Assembly (NCBI GenBank): GCA_012295275.1
Contig: CM022667.1
Coordinates: 21,886,001 to 21,950,000, forward strand
DNA length: 64,000 nt
From: Chrysomallon squamiferum
Taxonomy: Eukaryota; Animalia; Mollusca
Direction: 5' to 3'
The notes under the pieces: model-generated
Seen by the model: only the letters and a program-made list of their open reading frames with translations
What the model was told of the DNA's origin: nothing
Databases searched by the model: none
Translations under genes and position numbers: made by a program
Part shown: piece by piece, positions 24,379-39,700 of the stretch
Position numbering within the stretch: the stretch's first letter is position 1
How the letters are laid out: each line of letters starts with the position of its first letter

Positions 24379-26039
24379 ATATATATAACTAAGATTAGAA
24401 CCTGTGCAAAATAACATACACATACATGCTTTATATACTCTAAGGATACACCACTCATCTAACTACATAATAAATTAACAATGTGATGATAATAAAATAA
24501 TTATAAACAGATTTATATCATATTATGAAAGTCTGCATACTAGTATTATATATAATAAAACACACACACACACGTACAAACATATATTTAATCTTGTATT
24601 TAGATGATCATTTTTTTGAACTGGCTTTCTTGATAGCACTTCTTTATTGGCTTCTTTGTTCTAATTCTCAGATTATTCACTTCTTTTTAATCATTCAGTT
24701 CATTATAAAATAAATGTAACTCATGAATCCCAGTTTTGGTAAGATAGATTTTTTCTATGAAAAATATGTCAAAGCCCATTCTCCATTGTAAAACAAATTC
24801 TTGATTGTTGATGAAGTTCAGTTTATTTTATGTATTCACCTATTTGTTTTGGGTGCAGGTTATAGCTATTTTGTCATTATTTCTATGATTTGGTTATTTT
24901 TAATTCGAAGCAATACTTCTCTTTGCCTTTGTTAAATCGTGATACATTATGACATCATTCTTTTGCATCTAAAAGCAGTATTGATACACTAATTACATTT
25001 CTTTACTTTTTTTTAGAGAAGGCTGGAACAAATTAATTAATTAATAAACCTCATTACAGTTCAAGCAAGTGACACTGGCTCTTTGCTTTTGAATGTTGTT
25101 AACTCTTGATTCGGTTTCATTTGAAATTTTGTACTGATGCCACTTCTATTTCTTTCTTGTTTTTTCTATTCTAACAGGTGAAATATCTTAGCAGATCATA
25201 TTACACATTAGCAACACATACCCACACACACACACACACACACAGACATACACATTCACATAGTCACACACAATATTTACATATTTACATATACATAGAG
25301 GTGGAGCATTTTAACACATCAAAGTAACTTCATGAGTTTAACAAAGCTATTCAGAAAAATCATGTAAATCTATTACATTAATATTATTATTATTATTTTC
25401 AAATAGTTTATCACTCCTGTCTGTTCTTTGTGTATGCTCACACTTCTTATATCTAGAGCTACTATCAACTGACATGACAATGGGCTTGAATGCAAACTTA
25501 CTGATTTAAGGATGCCTTGCCCAGGATGGTAGCCACTGGCTAGTCAGGTATTTGACCTCTATTACAAGGTGGAATATTTTTTAGAGAACTTGCATAGATA
25601 ATCCAATCGATTTCATTTAATTTCATTCTTTCTATGTGACTATAGGAGGAAAGATTCTGACATATTTTCTGCAATATTATTTATATTTACTGGTAAAACT
25701 GTGACTGTTCACAATTTTACCTGTGCTAACAGTCTGCTAACAACTGCACAGTTATACATATTTATTATAAATGTTTTTATAAAATAAAATAGAAATTTAA
25801 TTGTAATCACAAATACTTCATATATTTTTATTGTATGGAATGTTGGTGTGTTTCCATTTCACATTGTTTAACTTAACTGATGGAGTGTGTGCAAAACAGT
25901 TTGTTTATAGACAGAATCTGATAATTAAAAGAAGTTTTTTTTATATAATTCAAATTGTGTACTTCTACCAATTTCAGTTATAAATTAAAAAATGTAATTT
26001 CTTTTATAAATTAGTAAACCTGCATAACATAATTATACT

Positions 26040-28200
26040 GTTATACACCATAAAAAACAAACACACAAACACCACACTGGACCAAAAAAAATCTAGAGAG
26101 ACACAACATCAGATCACAAAGACTAACAGTGAACAAAAACAAACATATATAATACATACATTACAGAACAAAGCACAAAAAACACACACCACACGACATA
26201 TACAGCATCACACTAAATACAAATATGTACAATACACACATTACACACATCATGCACAGCAAGGCATAGAACACCTCAACACGCATCAAACATACCAAAT
26301 ACTCAACACATCAAACATACCATATACCAAATACTCAACACATCAAACATACCACATACCAAATACTCAACACATCAAACATACCATATACCAAATACTC
26401 AACACGCATCAAACATACCATATACCAAATACTCAACACACATCAAACATACCACATACCAAATATTCAACATGCATCAAACATACCACATACCAAATAC
26501 TCAACACATCAAACATACCATATACCAAATACTCAACACGCATCAAACATACCAGATACCAAATACACAACACATCAAACATACCATATACCAAATATTC
26601 AACATGCATCAAACATACCAGATATCAAATACTCAACACATCAAATACACACTGGCCAGAACATTGTGCAGTGGTGTTCAGAGTTCTTCTTTGTGTTTTA
26701 TTGGTGGTTTTTGTTGTGTTTGCTGCATGTGTGGTGTCCACAAGACAGTCAATACTACAAACCTTACATACAGGACATAATATACATCAAAAACTAATAC
26801 TAAACACCCATAAAATGCACCGTGAAGTAACTGACAGACAACACCAGACAAAAAACACAGACACTGTACATGAAACAGACGCAAAACACAAACATACCAT
26901 ACAGCACACAAATACAAACAATAGGACATATACAACAGTGCACAAAAGACACACATATACAAGACACACATCACTTATCATATGTCATACAGGACAAGTC
27001 ACATAATATCTCACACATCACAACATGCACCCAACATACCATATACCAAATTCTCAACACATCACTAAATACAAAACAGAAACATAATCATCACACTGGA
27101 CACAAAACATTACACCTTAGCACTCAAATCAGCAAAATCTCTCTCACACAAGGCAGTTGCAAAATAACACCACAGGAAAGATACTGTATCACACAAACCA
27201 CAAAAGCACACATACACACATAAACACAACAGCACCTACACAGTACTCACAAATCCAAAAAACAAGACACACATAAAACACCACACCATGAACACATATC
27301 ATACAACTAAAACTGAAGACTAAAAGCACAGGGACACAAAACTGAGACATAGACACAAAAGGACATTAGAAACAACACAAAACGCACCACAGCACACATA
27401 AATATCTCACTAGACTCAAAACACAACAATGCAAAAACAAACATATACACTACACCACACAAAAATACAAAAACTCTCAGACACACACAAAACACAAAAC
27501 ACACATATACAGTACACACTCTGTACACTATGCTGGACACAACACACAAACATGAAACCAACAACAAATGAATACAATACGCACATTACACATTATACAT
27601 ACCATACAGAACAAGGTACACAAAAAAATCACACCAGAAACACAAAACAACACAGCTTAGGACACAGCTATGAGACAAAAAACAAAACTCTTTCTTTTAT
27701 ACACACACATACACAGACACAACAAACCACATATACAGTATACACTTTACATTCCAGACCAGACACAAAATACAGACAGAACCAGCACAGGGGACACAAC
27801 ACGAACATGCAATAAAGACAAACATATACAGTCCATACATTAAACACACCATACAACAAGAAATGAAAAATCACACAACAGTACATAAAACAAAGCATCA
27901 TAGGACATCACACAAAACACAAAATTCTCATGCATACACACAGATGCAAACACATATACACTCACAAAAAAACACTTGCCATATAATATATATTCATAAA
28001 ACACACCAGACAGACAGAAAAGCACAGGGTACACAAAACACAAACATGCCACTACAGCAGATTATGACGCATACAAGACACATTAGGCACACCATACAAA
28101 ATACACACATGCAATGTAACACAAAACACACACATATACACTACATCAAACAAAGAAACACACTGACAACAACATAAAGATACAGCACCCAGTGAATGTA
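26040..28200. repeat. CA-rich low-complexity tract containing a ~31-33-bp minisatellite (about 26275-26650)
   Basis: Unit AACAC(GC)ATCAAACATACCA(T/C)ATACCAAATACTC repeated about 11 times, embedded in 2 kb of C/A-biased sequence and followed by (GA)n at about 28215-28274. Confidence 0.9.
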
Positions 28201-28211
28201 TGGTGTGCACA

Positions 28212-28276
<65 letters not shown>

Positions 28277-30585
28277 AGTAAACTGGTATACAGTTAACTT
28301 ACATTGTTAGTTTGATCAGTTTATGTGGCAGTGAAAAAGAAACTTAATTTTCTGTTTATTCCATTCAGTACATTTTTTATTTATTATTTTATGTAAGCCA
28401 TTCAACATGTTTATTCTGGGATATCTTCTGAAATATTTATTATTTATAGGTGATAAAGAGATAGAAAAAAACTGACAGCAAGCATGTGATAAACAAAAGT
28501 AACAATTTGCAGCAAAGAATTTTGATATATTCCTTCCCATAGAAATCAAACCACTTGAAAGTCCTTTGAAATGTGTTGGAATGTGAAAATAATCAATATA
28601 AATATGTATTTAGGGGCAATTCCACAGAGATGGACATTACACTCAGAGTTGGAGGTCATTCTAACAGATGTAGTTAAAGTAGAGTTGCCTATGTCCAGAT
28701 TTATTTAATGTCACGGGGAAAAGACTAACTTTATTTCAGAATTGTCTGAAAACTTGCATTAGCTTTGTTGACACATCAGCTAAGAATTATGCATAACATT
28801 TGATATATTCATCAGTGTTATGCAGGGAGCAGTTTTAATCTTTTTTCTTATAACATGCATAGAGTCAATGCAGATTTGACTAAAAATTATCTAAGTGAAT
28901 ACACAGAACACAGATGCAAATTATAAACTATTTTTCTTATGTCTAATATCTTGTTACCACCACAGAGTAAAATAACAGAAGTTTCAATAAGAATCTCTTA
29001 TCCAACTTTGTCTTTCATTTTATTTTTTTTAATGTAAGCAAATACATTAGATTTATCCAACATTATTCCAGTAATAAGCATACTTTATAAGACACTCTTA
29101 TACAAATTTGTCATTCAATTTTTAATTTTTTTAATATATGTAAATTCATTAGATTTTTCTAATATCATTCCAAATGATAAACATACTTTGGTGCCAAAGA
29201 TGGTTGGAATCTTCAAGTCTGCATATCCAATTTTATTTATTACTAATTAATTTTGAAAACTTTTAACCTAATCATAATGTGTTTATTCATGGAATAAAAC
29301 ACAACCAATACTTGCTGATTTAAATATAACACATGATCAGATCTAAGCCTGACAGCCCAAAGGAATTATTTTCCCTAATATATTTTCATATCTGGTCTGC
29401 CTGTGCTGCCCCATTTGTGGTGATGGTGGAAGAGAAAGATCTGATGATAAAGACTCTGTGATATTAGATTTATTTTCCATTTTTTTAAATTATTTTTTTA
29501 TGCTTCTAGTGATATTTATGTCAAGATATATAGATCTGTAAATTAAAAATATAGTTGTGAGGAGCACTTTCTTAAAAAAAGATATAAGATGGCAACTGAA
29601 AATTTAAACACTTAACAAATGTACTTATGCATTATAGTTTAAAACAGCATTTCCACAAGAAGGTGGGAACAATAATTATGAGTATACAGCAGTTGAAAAA
29701 TAATAAATAAAATTACTGCTAATCATATACATGTATATAGAAAATTAAAAAAATATACATGGTTTATATATTGTGTTTTAATTGAACCATGGTGAAAACA
29801 GCTCGCAGATGAAAATAAAAGTCTTGTAAATATGGTAAACACTTTTAAGAGAATTTTGAATGAATTTGAATAAAGCTTTGTGAATACATCGGAAAAGCTC
29901 TCTGTAGCAGGAAACTGAATAAGCAGTGCAGTAATATTAATTTGTAGAAAAAAGAAAAACATAAGAAAAGATTACAATTAATTTCACATTTTGAAATATT
30001 TATATATACACACACATTATAAGTTGTTGTTGTTTGTTTTTTAATTTAGGAAATAATAAATAAGATTATGTACCAATATGGTGATGTATTATTTATCGAG
30101 AGAGAAAGATGACACTCACAAGTTACAAAGGGTGAGTTACTTATCAAAAGTCAAATACTGTAAATTAAATGATTAATAAAATCGAGTAGTCAAACTGTCT
30201 TACAAATAAATTTTAGTTTTGGACAAGTTGTCCATAAGCAAATTAATATCACGCATCCATAAAATAATAATAAATAAATAAATAAATAAATAATAATAAA
30301 AATAAAAATAATAATAATAATAATAATAACCATCCTTAATATCTGTATTTATTGCAGTTGTATTAAATTGAATCCGTCAGCCGGCCGTCATTACGAATTA
30401 AAAAGGTGGCCAGTTATAAGTTGCTGATCTCCAACTATTTACCAAGAACGGTGTTTGCTGGGAACCAACATTTCGATTGTTTTGGGGTTTTTTTTTCTCT
30501 ACTTAAATACGTTTATTAATACCTGCTCTCAGAGTCCATCCATATATTACGTTTGTAACCAGGTTTGGAAAAAATGAAGAAGCCA

Positions 30586-30668
<83 letters not shown>

Positions 30669-30675
30669 GTAAAAT

Positions 30676-30729
<54 letters not shown>

Positions 30730-30745
30730 TAAATAAATAAATAAA
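30586..30745. repeat. Poly(A) followed by (AAT)n microsatellites
   Basis: Directly visible; source of the poly-L/I/F/Y ORFs. Confidence 0.95.
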
Positions 30746-31045
30746 TAAATACCCCCCCAAAAAACAATAAAACAATAAAAATCTGATTTTAATCTATTCC
30801 CTGCATGCTAAAATAAACAGAAAAATATACAAAAATGAAAAGTTAAATAATATTAATAATAATAATAATAATTCGTTTCACATATACAATACTTCGTTAA
30901 CAGAAAGTCGTCAAAGCTTAAAGAGAACCTTGGAACGGTGTGTCGTCGTCCTGAATGATATCGTAGAACGAACGGTCGTCAGTCTGACAATGAGTCTAGA
31001 ACGGAGAGTCGTCAAAGTCTGGTGAGAAGTCGTTCATTCATTTCG

Positions 31046-31109
<64 letters not shown>

Positions 31110-31268
31110 ATTTTAGTCATAAAAATTAAAACAGAACAACATTGAAAACAATAATAATAATAATGTGCACACACATACAAACATACGTTATTTATTTATC
31201 GTGCATTATGTATTTTTTTACCAAATAAATTCAATTCAATTCGAAAGGTTTTTAAAGTTATAAAAACT

Positions 31269-31313
<45 letters not shown>

Positions 31314-31729
31314 CTAAAAAGAAAAGAAAAAAGAGGCTCTTTTCTGCTTTAGATATACAGATGTTACAGATATAGGTATATTCGCTTTAACTATAAAGAT
31401 ATTATCAACAGTAAAAATAAACACACACAAAAACCCTCCCAAAACAACAGTAAACAAAAAAAAACAAAAACAACCAACAATGTTAATAAAATAAATAAAC
31501 ATACTGAGCATTATTTTAAGGAGGAAATAACGCTTTATGTCTTGATTCTTGTCCGAACTTAAAGCCTGTTCCGTTGATGATGTTTACATCCGAGTTAGTT
31601 TTTATAGGTAGATAGTGTCGTTAAAAGGAAATTATTAATTAATTTCCCCACCCCCTGTTATTTATAATCTCGGTTTATTAAGATTCCAGCAGTTTTTCAA
31701 AGCATGTTAATAACAGTTTTTCAAATTTG

Positions 31730-33083
31730 ATGAGCGATAAGAACAGTGCAACTAGACCGAAAGGTAGAGGAGCTCGCCCTGGCAAATTGGAATTTGGTCG
31801 TCCAAAACATCGTAAAGAACCGGTTTATACGACCAGAACTGGTGAGGAAAGATTTTCAGTTGAACATAAAGGTGATCATTTTATTTATATTAATAACTGT
31901 TGTAGGTATTATTACTACCTGAAGGTTGTTCTTGGTTATATTTCTATGTAACTATTTCTCTGTGTATGTATATATATTTATGATCTAATATTTTGTTTCT
32001 GAACTTTTTCTAATTTAATAAAATATGGTTTTCAACTGATTTGAAACAGACATTTTTCTTTATTAAAATTATTTATGAAAATATGTTACAGAAAGAGTTT
32101 CAATCATTCGCCTTGCCAGTTACCAATTTAAAGAAGGATTTTTTTGATGGGGTAATCTGGTAAAGTGGGGCTTGGTTGTTGTGTGAGGCAGTTAGTATAT
32201 GATAATAAAAATTTATAATTTTAATTTTTTGAATTATATTAAACCAAAAGAACATTTATACTGACAAAATTATTTCCATTAAGATGATTAACTTTCTCAT
32301 TTTCCCCTGTCTCCCTCTTTTTAACAAATTCATTCACTTACAGTGTTTTGAAGCAATGACTTTGTATACCAACCATCATTTAATCAGTTTGATAGCTAAT
32401 CAGACTACTTGTTAGAATCACTCAAGAAACAGACTCAGACAGACAGAGAGCAAATTTTTAAAATTTTGATAATTAAAGAAATTTATTTATGGGTCATTCC
32501 GCGTCAAATCACCCAATGGGTTAAACCTGACCGTCTCAGATTTGTATGAAACTTTTGAAATTTTGCAATTTTTGGCCACAGTGGGTATGACCACCAACCT
32601 TTGAACCCTCATATCTCAAGAACTACTGAGCCAATCTTCATACAATTTGTAGTGTTGAAAAGGCAATATGACAAGGTTTCCAAATCTGCCATTATTGCTC
32701 AGTTTGGAGACGCGGAGATAATCTTTCTTGAAATTTAACTAAAACATATAAAAGTTTCAGAGGTGTAATATTTTTGGTTTAGCCACACTATAGATTTTAA
32801 ATATGCATACCTGCATGGATGATTGATACAATGCATTACAATTTACAGTGTACGTTTTCTACATGTATAGACACTTCTCTGAGACTAAAAACTCATCTTT
32901 GGAGTCAAAATCCACCTGACGTGCCTGAAGGATATGAAAAGATGCCAAATGGCATGATATGTTCTACACAAAAGGCTAACAGGACGTGTAGCTTCGGGCA
33001 TGTCAGGAATCCTTGAAATTCCCTGGTGAAATCCCCATTGAGCACATGGCAATTATATTACTATTATAACTCCCTGCAGACTC

Positions 33084-33114
<31 letters not shown>

Positions 33115-35150
33115 CACAGTTATTACTAATGCTATTACTACTTTTATTATTAGAACAACTACTACTTGTCACCATCATCGTCACTACTAATACTTTAATT
33201 ATCACAAATACTGTTACTATCTCTAGCATCACCATTATATCAACTACTACAATATTTTGCTACTCCTAATGACACTACTTTTTCTGCTACTTCTACTACT
33301 AGCACTATAATTAATCCTACCACTTTTTCTAGTACTTATTAATTATACTAACACTCCCTCTACATTACTGTTATATCTCCTAGTACCTATTGCCACTACT
33401 ACTACTACTACATCTATGAGACTACTACCATGATTTCTACTGCTACTTGTAACATTAATATTGCTTTAATTATCATTATGATTATTATTATCATTGTTAT
33501 CATCATCATCATCATCATTATTATTACTGGCAGTAGTAGTAATGATACTAATACTACTAGTAGAATACAAATACTTCTACGGATATTACAACACTAATAC
33601 TTCTACAACTTTCATTATTATTACTTCAACTATGAAACAAAACTATGTTTGTTGTCTGAATGACATTGCGGCATGGGTTTCACTAGATGAGTACATTTCA
33701 GCATGGAGACGTCTTCATCTGTTTCACACACCCTCACAGACCTTCTAAGCTATTTCACTGGCCAAATGAAGAAGACATTTGTTGGATTAGTGAATTGGAC
33801 ATCTTCTATGTCATTGATACACCTGCTGTTGCATCTTCTCGATGGATGTACTCTTTGCATAAAGAGGAATTGCAAGACTATGGGGGAAGTGGGTGACTGA
33901 ATGATTCTGTGACTGCTGAACTGGTGAGAAGGCAATGAGGGAGGTAGTTTGGTATCATGTGATCATAGCATGCAGGCCTAAAGTGTATTATATGGTAATG
34001 AAGAGAGTTGGTGATTCCTAGCATCAGGAATTGGTCATTCAGGTTTTAGCTAATCAGATGTTAATGCAGAAAATGTGAGATTTTCATGAACATGCAATTT
34101 TTGATTGTGTGTTGCTGCTAAACAAAGAATATTACACCTCTGAAACTTTTATATGTTTTAGTTAATATGCAGGAGATTAAATTTCAAGAAAGGTCATCAA
34201 AAGGTCAATTTCAAGTTCATAACAAAGGTCAAAAGGTCAATTACCCCAATCTTCTTCAAACTGAGCAATAATGGCAGATTTGGAATCCTTGTCATATTGC
34301 CTTTACCACAATACCAATTTTATGAAGATTGGTCCAGTAGTTCCTGAGACATGAAAATTCAAAGGTTGGTGGTCATGCCCATTCTGGCCAAAAATCTCAA
34401 AATTTGGTCGGGTTTAAAAATGTATTTTTTTTATTTTTTTTGGTTGATCTGCCATGGAATGTCCATTATAATTTTGATGCTTTGGCTGGAACTCTTTCTT
34501 GCTTCAGCATAATAACTGTTTTCTATGTTAATCATCATTTATGCATTGATAATAAAAGAAAAATAAGATAAAAAAAGAAAAAAGTATTTTTAATAACTAG
34601 TTTTCTTTCCTTTACCAAGAAACTGATCCAATATTTTTTCAAATGTATGTCATCCTGTTTGGTATATTTTAGCATTGTTTTTAATTTAATTTTTTTTTGT
34701 TTTTTGGTCTGGCTTTACTTGTCTATAGGTTGAAGTTCCCAAACTGCATTATTTGTTATACCACACACCTGCTAACAGAATAAGCTGATTTTTGGAACAT
34801 TCATTATTAAACATATAAATTGGATAAAAAAGCAACAACCAAACAGTTCACAGAATTTTGTACTGATCTTCCTAAGGTTAACTCTGGTGTGAAGACACTG
34901 TGGTGATGCCTGCAATGCACCTGCCACATGTTTAAATTTGATGCTGGATAATGAGACTGTTACTAAATATGTGAATTTGTTTTAACAGGCTGAGTTTTTA
35001 GATCTTCCATGTTTCAGAATGCTGATTTTGTAAACTTCAACCTGTACCTTTTTATTTTATTGTGTTAAACTAAATTGTATTGCATGCATTGATTTTGCTT
35101 TATTCTGAACATGATTTATTCCAGCATTTTCAAATTAAAGTAAAGATATT

Positions 35151-35200
<50 letters not shown>

Positions 35201-36727
35201 GTATAACACCTGTAACAAATTTATGAAAGAACATGTTTTAAGTATGGTTAACAAAGCATATTTGAAACAATATATATGTATATTAATTCTTTATATACAC
35301 TCACCCACCCTGTGTGTGTGTGTGTGTGTAAAGAATTAAAAAGAATGTGGTGGTGATGTATCATAATTGGATAATGACTAAGAAAAAGGAACTGCTGTTG
35401 AAAATAGATGCTTTGTAGCGAATTTAATTTTTAGTGAGAGAGAGAAAGAGATTGGTGAAAATTTGTTATTCTGTTTACAACCACAAAGAAACATTTCTCT
35501 TCAATATACATGAACTACTATGTTTGTCACCAAATATTAATTAACACACACACACACACACAGAGACAGAGTCCAGTATTGTGGATTTGTAAATGTTCAT
35601 AAAATAAAAATTATGTGGCACTTTATATTTCTGTAAGCTTTTTTTGCTGTTTTAGTTTATTTTTAATTTACTAATTTTTTATTTGCTTTTTTTATTCTAT
35701 TTTTTTTTTTATAAACACATTTATATACATTCATTTGGAAAATTTGTTTTCTGCCATAAGAAATATTTTTTTAACCATAGTTTAGAAATAAGTTGTAATA
35801 ACTGGAATGATTTATTATAAAACAAAAGTTACACCAAAATAAATGAATTTTTTTTCATTTTCTTTACAGCTCTGAGCAAAAAGCAGAAGTTTTCTAAAAT
35901 TGAAGCCAGCATTAACAGCAAGCCTGTAAATGTAGCCAATTTGCGGCAGCTGTCTATCAGCCATGGAGGCTTGCTTAGCAATGAGTTACGTCTAAAAGCC
36001 TGGCCAAAACTACTCAGTGTAAATGTATTCAATATCACTCCAAAGCCCTGTAAGAATACATTTTTTTTTTACCTCTGATGACACACATTCAAAAATCTAT
36101 AGCTTCTGTCATTTGTAAATTTCCAGCATATATATATGTATATATATACCTTGACTTATGAGTTTTCTGAGTTACGAGCAGTTGCCTGGTCAATTTTTTG
36201 CTTTGAGTTGTGAGCCAAAATCCAAGTTATAAGCAAGCTTCAGATACACCACCACTAGTTGGCACAATGAACAACACAAAATCGAATTAATGCATGAAAT
36301 CATAGAAAAACTTGAGTGAGGTGTGCATGTAGTTGACTTGGCTAGGCAGTTAGAACATTGTATTTCTATGATGTATACAATACTGAAGCAGAAAGAGTCG
36401 ATAAAGGCTTTAAAATTCCAGCTAAAGGCATTACAATAATTTGTCTGAACTCCAAGATAAATACACTTTACAAACACCAATTTATTTATTTACATTCTCT
36501 TTTAACTGGTTTTTAGACAATATTTGTCATTTATAAACATATTTTTCTTATTAAAAACACATTACAAAAAAAATGGGGTGGTTTTATAGGGGCTGGAATG
36601 GATTAATGGTATTTCAATTAATTTCTGTTTGAAAAATTGATTTGATATATAAGCAAATTGAGTTACAAACTTGATCATAAAATTAAACTCATAAGTCAAG
36701 GTACTACTGTGTGTATGTGTGTGTATG

Positions 36728-36769
<42 letters not shown>

Positions 36770-39700
36770 TACATACATACATATAAATTGGAAATTAATC
36801 TTAATCTTGATATTTTTTTTTTTCTGTGTTAATGTTTTAGCTGAGGATGAGCTCAAAGCCCATCGTGACTACAATCAAGTGGTTATGGATGTTAACCGGT
36901 CACTCAAAAGGTTTCCACCTGGTTGGTAGTTTAACACTTTTGTTACTTTTAATTATATATCTTTTTGTGTATGTATGTGTACAAACACACATTCACACTT
37001 AAAAAACATTTGATATCTATATCGGTAGAAGTAAATGTGTTTTTATGTTTGCAAAAAGATACTAATAGTCTTAAATGATGGTGAATGTGGCACTGGTTGG
37101 AACTATGGTGTCAACAAAAACCATTATATTGGCAACATCCATGTCAGTGGTGTCCACTATGTCAGCCATATAACATCCATGATTAATCAGCTTCCAGCAG
37201 CTTGCATAATTTATATTAATTTAAGAATTTAAATGGTTAGATGATGTCATGAAGCAAATAATGTTGTAGCAGTTTGCCCCTTAACCTATTTCCAAACAAA
37301 GATATAATCATTTCATGGGGCAGAAAAGGGTATTTAAGAATAGTAAGAAAAATAGCAAGCTGTTTTTATTTTATCATTTGACTAATAATTAATTGTAACC
37401 TTTAATGTCTGTATAGAGCATATATTTTAAGCTTGTTAATTATAAAAATAATTGTTGTAATTTTAACAAGGTAGGTAATTTTGTATCAGTATCATACTGA
37501 GTATAACGACAGGTTACAGAAACAGTATGATCTGTATTTTTCTGTCTCTGTAAACTGCATTTAAAAGATTTCTCATTGCTTGTAGATAATAAATTTATTT
37601 ACTTTCTTTTTTCTTTTCTTATTTTTTTAAAAAACATTTTCTTTATAAATATATATACTTTTTTGTTTTTTGTATGAAAGGAATGCGAGATGACCAAAGA
37701 ATGGCCCTGCAGGATCAGCTGGTTGATGTTATTATGAGGGTGCTAGTGAAAAATACAGAATTACATTATTATCAGGTGATTTAAAAAATGTTTTGTCTTT
37801 TTCATTTAATTTAACTGCTCATACAGCTGATAAAAATACACATCCAAGTAATACTTTTTAAAAGGTTAGCCAAAAATAAAATTAATAATTATAATTTTTT
37901 TAAAAAAAAAATTTTCAGTGATCAAGAACTTTCCTCTTTTGCAGTTTGTTTGATAACATTTATCTAAACATCAGATATTGCAATAATATCATTTTCTGAT
38001 AATTATTTTACTTATTTTATTGTTTGTACGTATGTTTTGCAGGGCTACCATGATATATGTGTCACATTCCTTCTGGTGGTTGGTGAAGATGTTGCTTTTG
38101 CTTTAGTTGAGAAATTGTCCATCAATCATTTAAGGTATATTTTAATATATATTCATTTACCAATTTTTTTTTTTTTTTTTTTTTTCATAAAAATAAAAAT
38201 CATAAAAAAAAAAATATGTATGTGAATATGTGGCCGGGTGCATAAAGCACCCTCACACAGAAACTACTCAAGTTCGATTTTGATTACATCTTTAATTTCT
38301 CTGCCAGTTTCTACAAAACGATGGATAATTATAGACAATTATATCATAGTTATGTTGCAGAGAATTAGCTCAGATACCTTTATCCCTTGTGCTTTTAGTT
38401 TAGTTCCTCACATATATATGGGTTGAGGTTTAGGAAAACCTGTCAGAAGTTGCTGGGAGTATTATCAAGATAGAGGTCAAAATATATTATAAAGTCACCA
38501 CCAGTCTGTTTTGACTTTTTTTGCTTATGTTACAACTAAAACATTAAAGTATGTTGTCCTAAAAGGAAAATTTAATCTCTGCACTATAAAATGTGTTTTT
38601 ATATCACTGTAATCAGGATAAAAAGATATGGAGCTATAGGCAAGAATTAACATTGTATTTCCCAAACTGAAAATCACTTTTGTTATCTAATAATAGCTAT
38701 AATTCTTCAAATACGAAATTAATGTTCATTATGATTTAATAATCATCTTTAAATATCATCTTCTGGTTCATATGTCTGTCACAGGGCCCACATCAATCAA
38801 ACATCTGTAAATGTTTTACCAAGGCTCAGTCTAGATTAAAATTATATTTTTATGACCACCTGACAAGGAATTTAAAAAATAAATTCACTGCAATCTATAT
38901 AAATCAATAATTCGATCTATCTACGAGAGAAATAAGCACAAGCTAAGGTACATCAACTATTTAATTATGACACAGATAATAAAAATAATATGCAATACAA
39001 CAATCTGGTAAAATATGTATTTAAATGAGTTTTTTCAGTGATAGTGTGGGAAACCGGTATAAAAAATAAGAATCTACATGAAGGGAAGATTAAACCAGTT
39101 TCATTCTATCTAAAAGTATGATTACCATCAAAGATTAATTATACATTAGATAGACCATATCAAAATAAGAAAAGACAGTGGTTTACCACACTCTTCCATG
39201 AAGAAAATGCCATTCACAAACATTGGTTTCTCCACCTGACTACTGGTACATCGTGCTTTTTTGTCAACCAAATATAATATTTTACCAGTGTCTTAGCTTT
39301 ATGAACACATTAAGTATTATATCCCAAGTTAGCCTTGATTGTTAGATATCAAGCACACAGCCGGAAAAAAAAATGAAAAAAGTAACAACAATATATTTTG
39401 GAAAGAGAATCTGCAATGGTGTTGCTAGCCCCAACAGTATGCTTTATGGTAAGTAGGTATTCCTGTAATACCCACCTTCAGCATAAAACTGATCTTCTTG
39501 AAACAACTGCACCAGAACCAATGTCACTAGCAGTCCACAGTGAACTTGAATGGTTGTTGGTGACTGAGTGCTGCCATTAAAGGCATTGAACAGAGAATGT
39601 TCTTTAAGACCTGAAAAGCTTGTGAACACTTTTTTTGATCAGATGAATTTGTAATCCTTCTGTAACAGAGATGTTATTGTTGCAGCAATAGTTCCAAACT

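Noticed and set aside
26275-26650. CRISPR-like regular repeat
   Set aside because: Head-to-tail minisatellite without unique spacers, in eukaryotic DNA with no cas genes.
26472-28177. His/Thr/Gln-rich and Cys/Val-rich ORFs
   Set aside because: Products of CA-biased low-complexity DNA; no recognisable domain.
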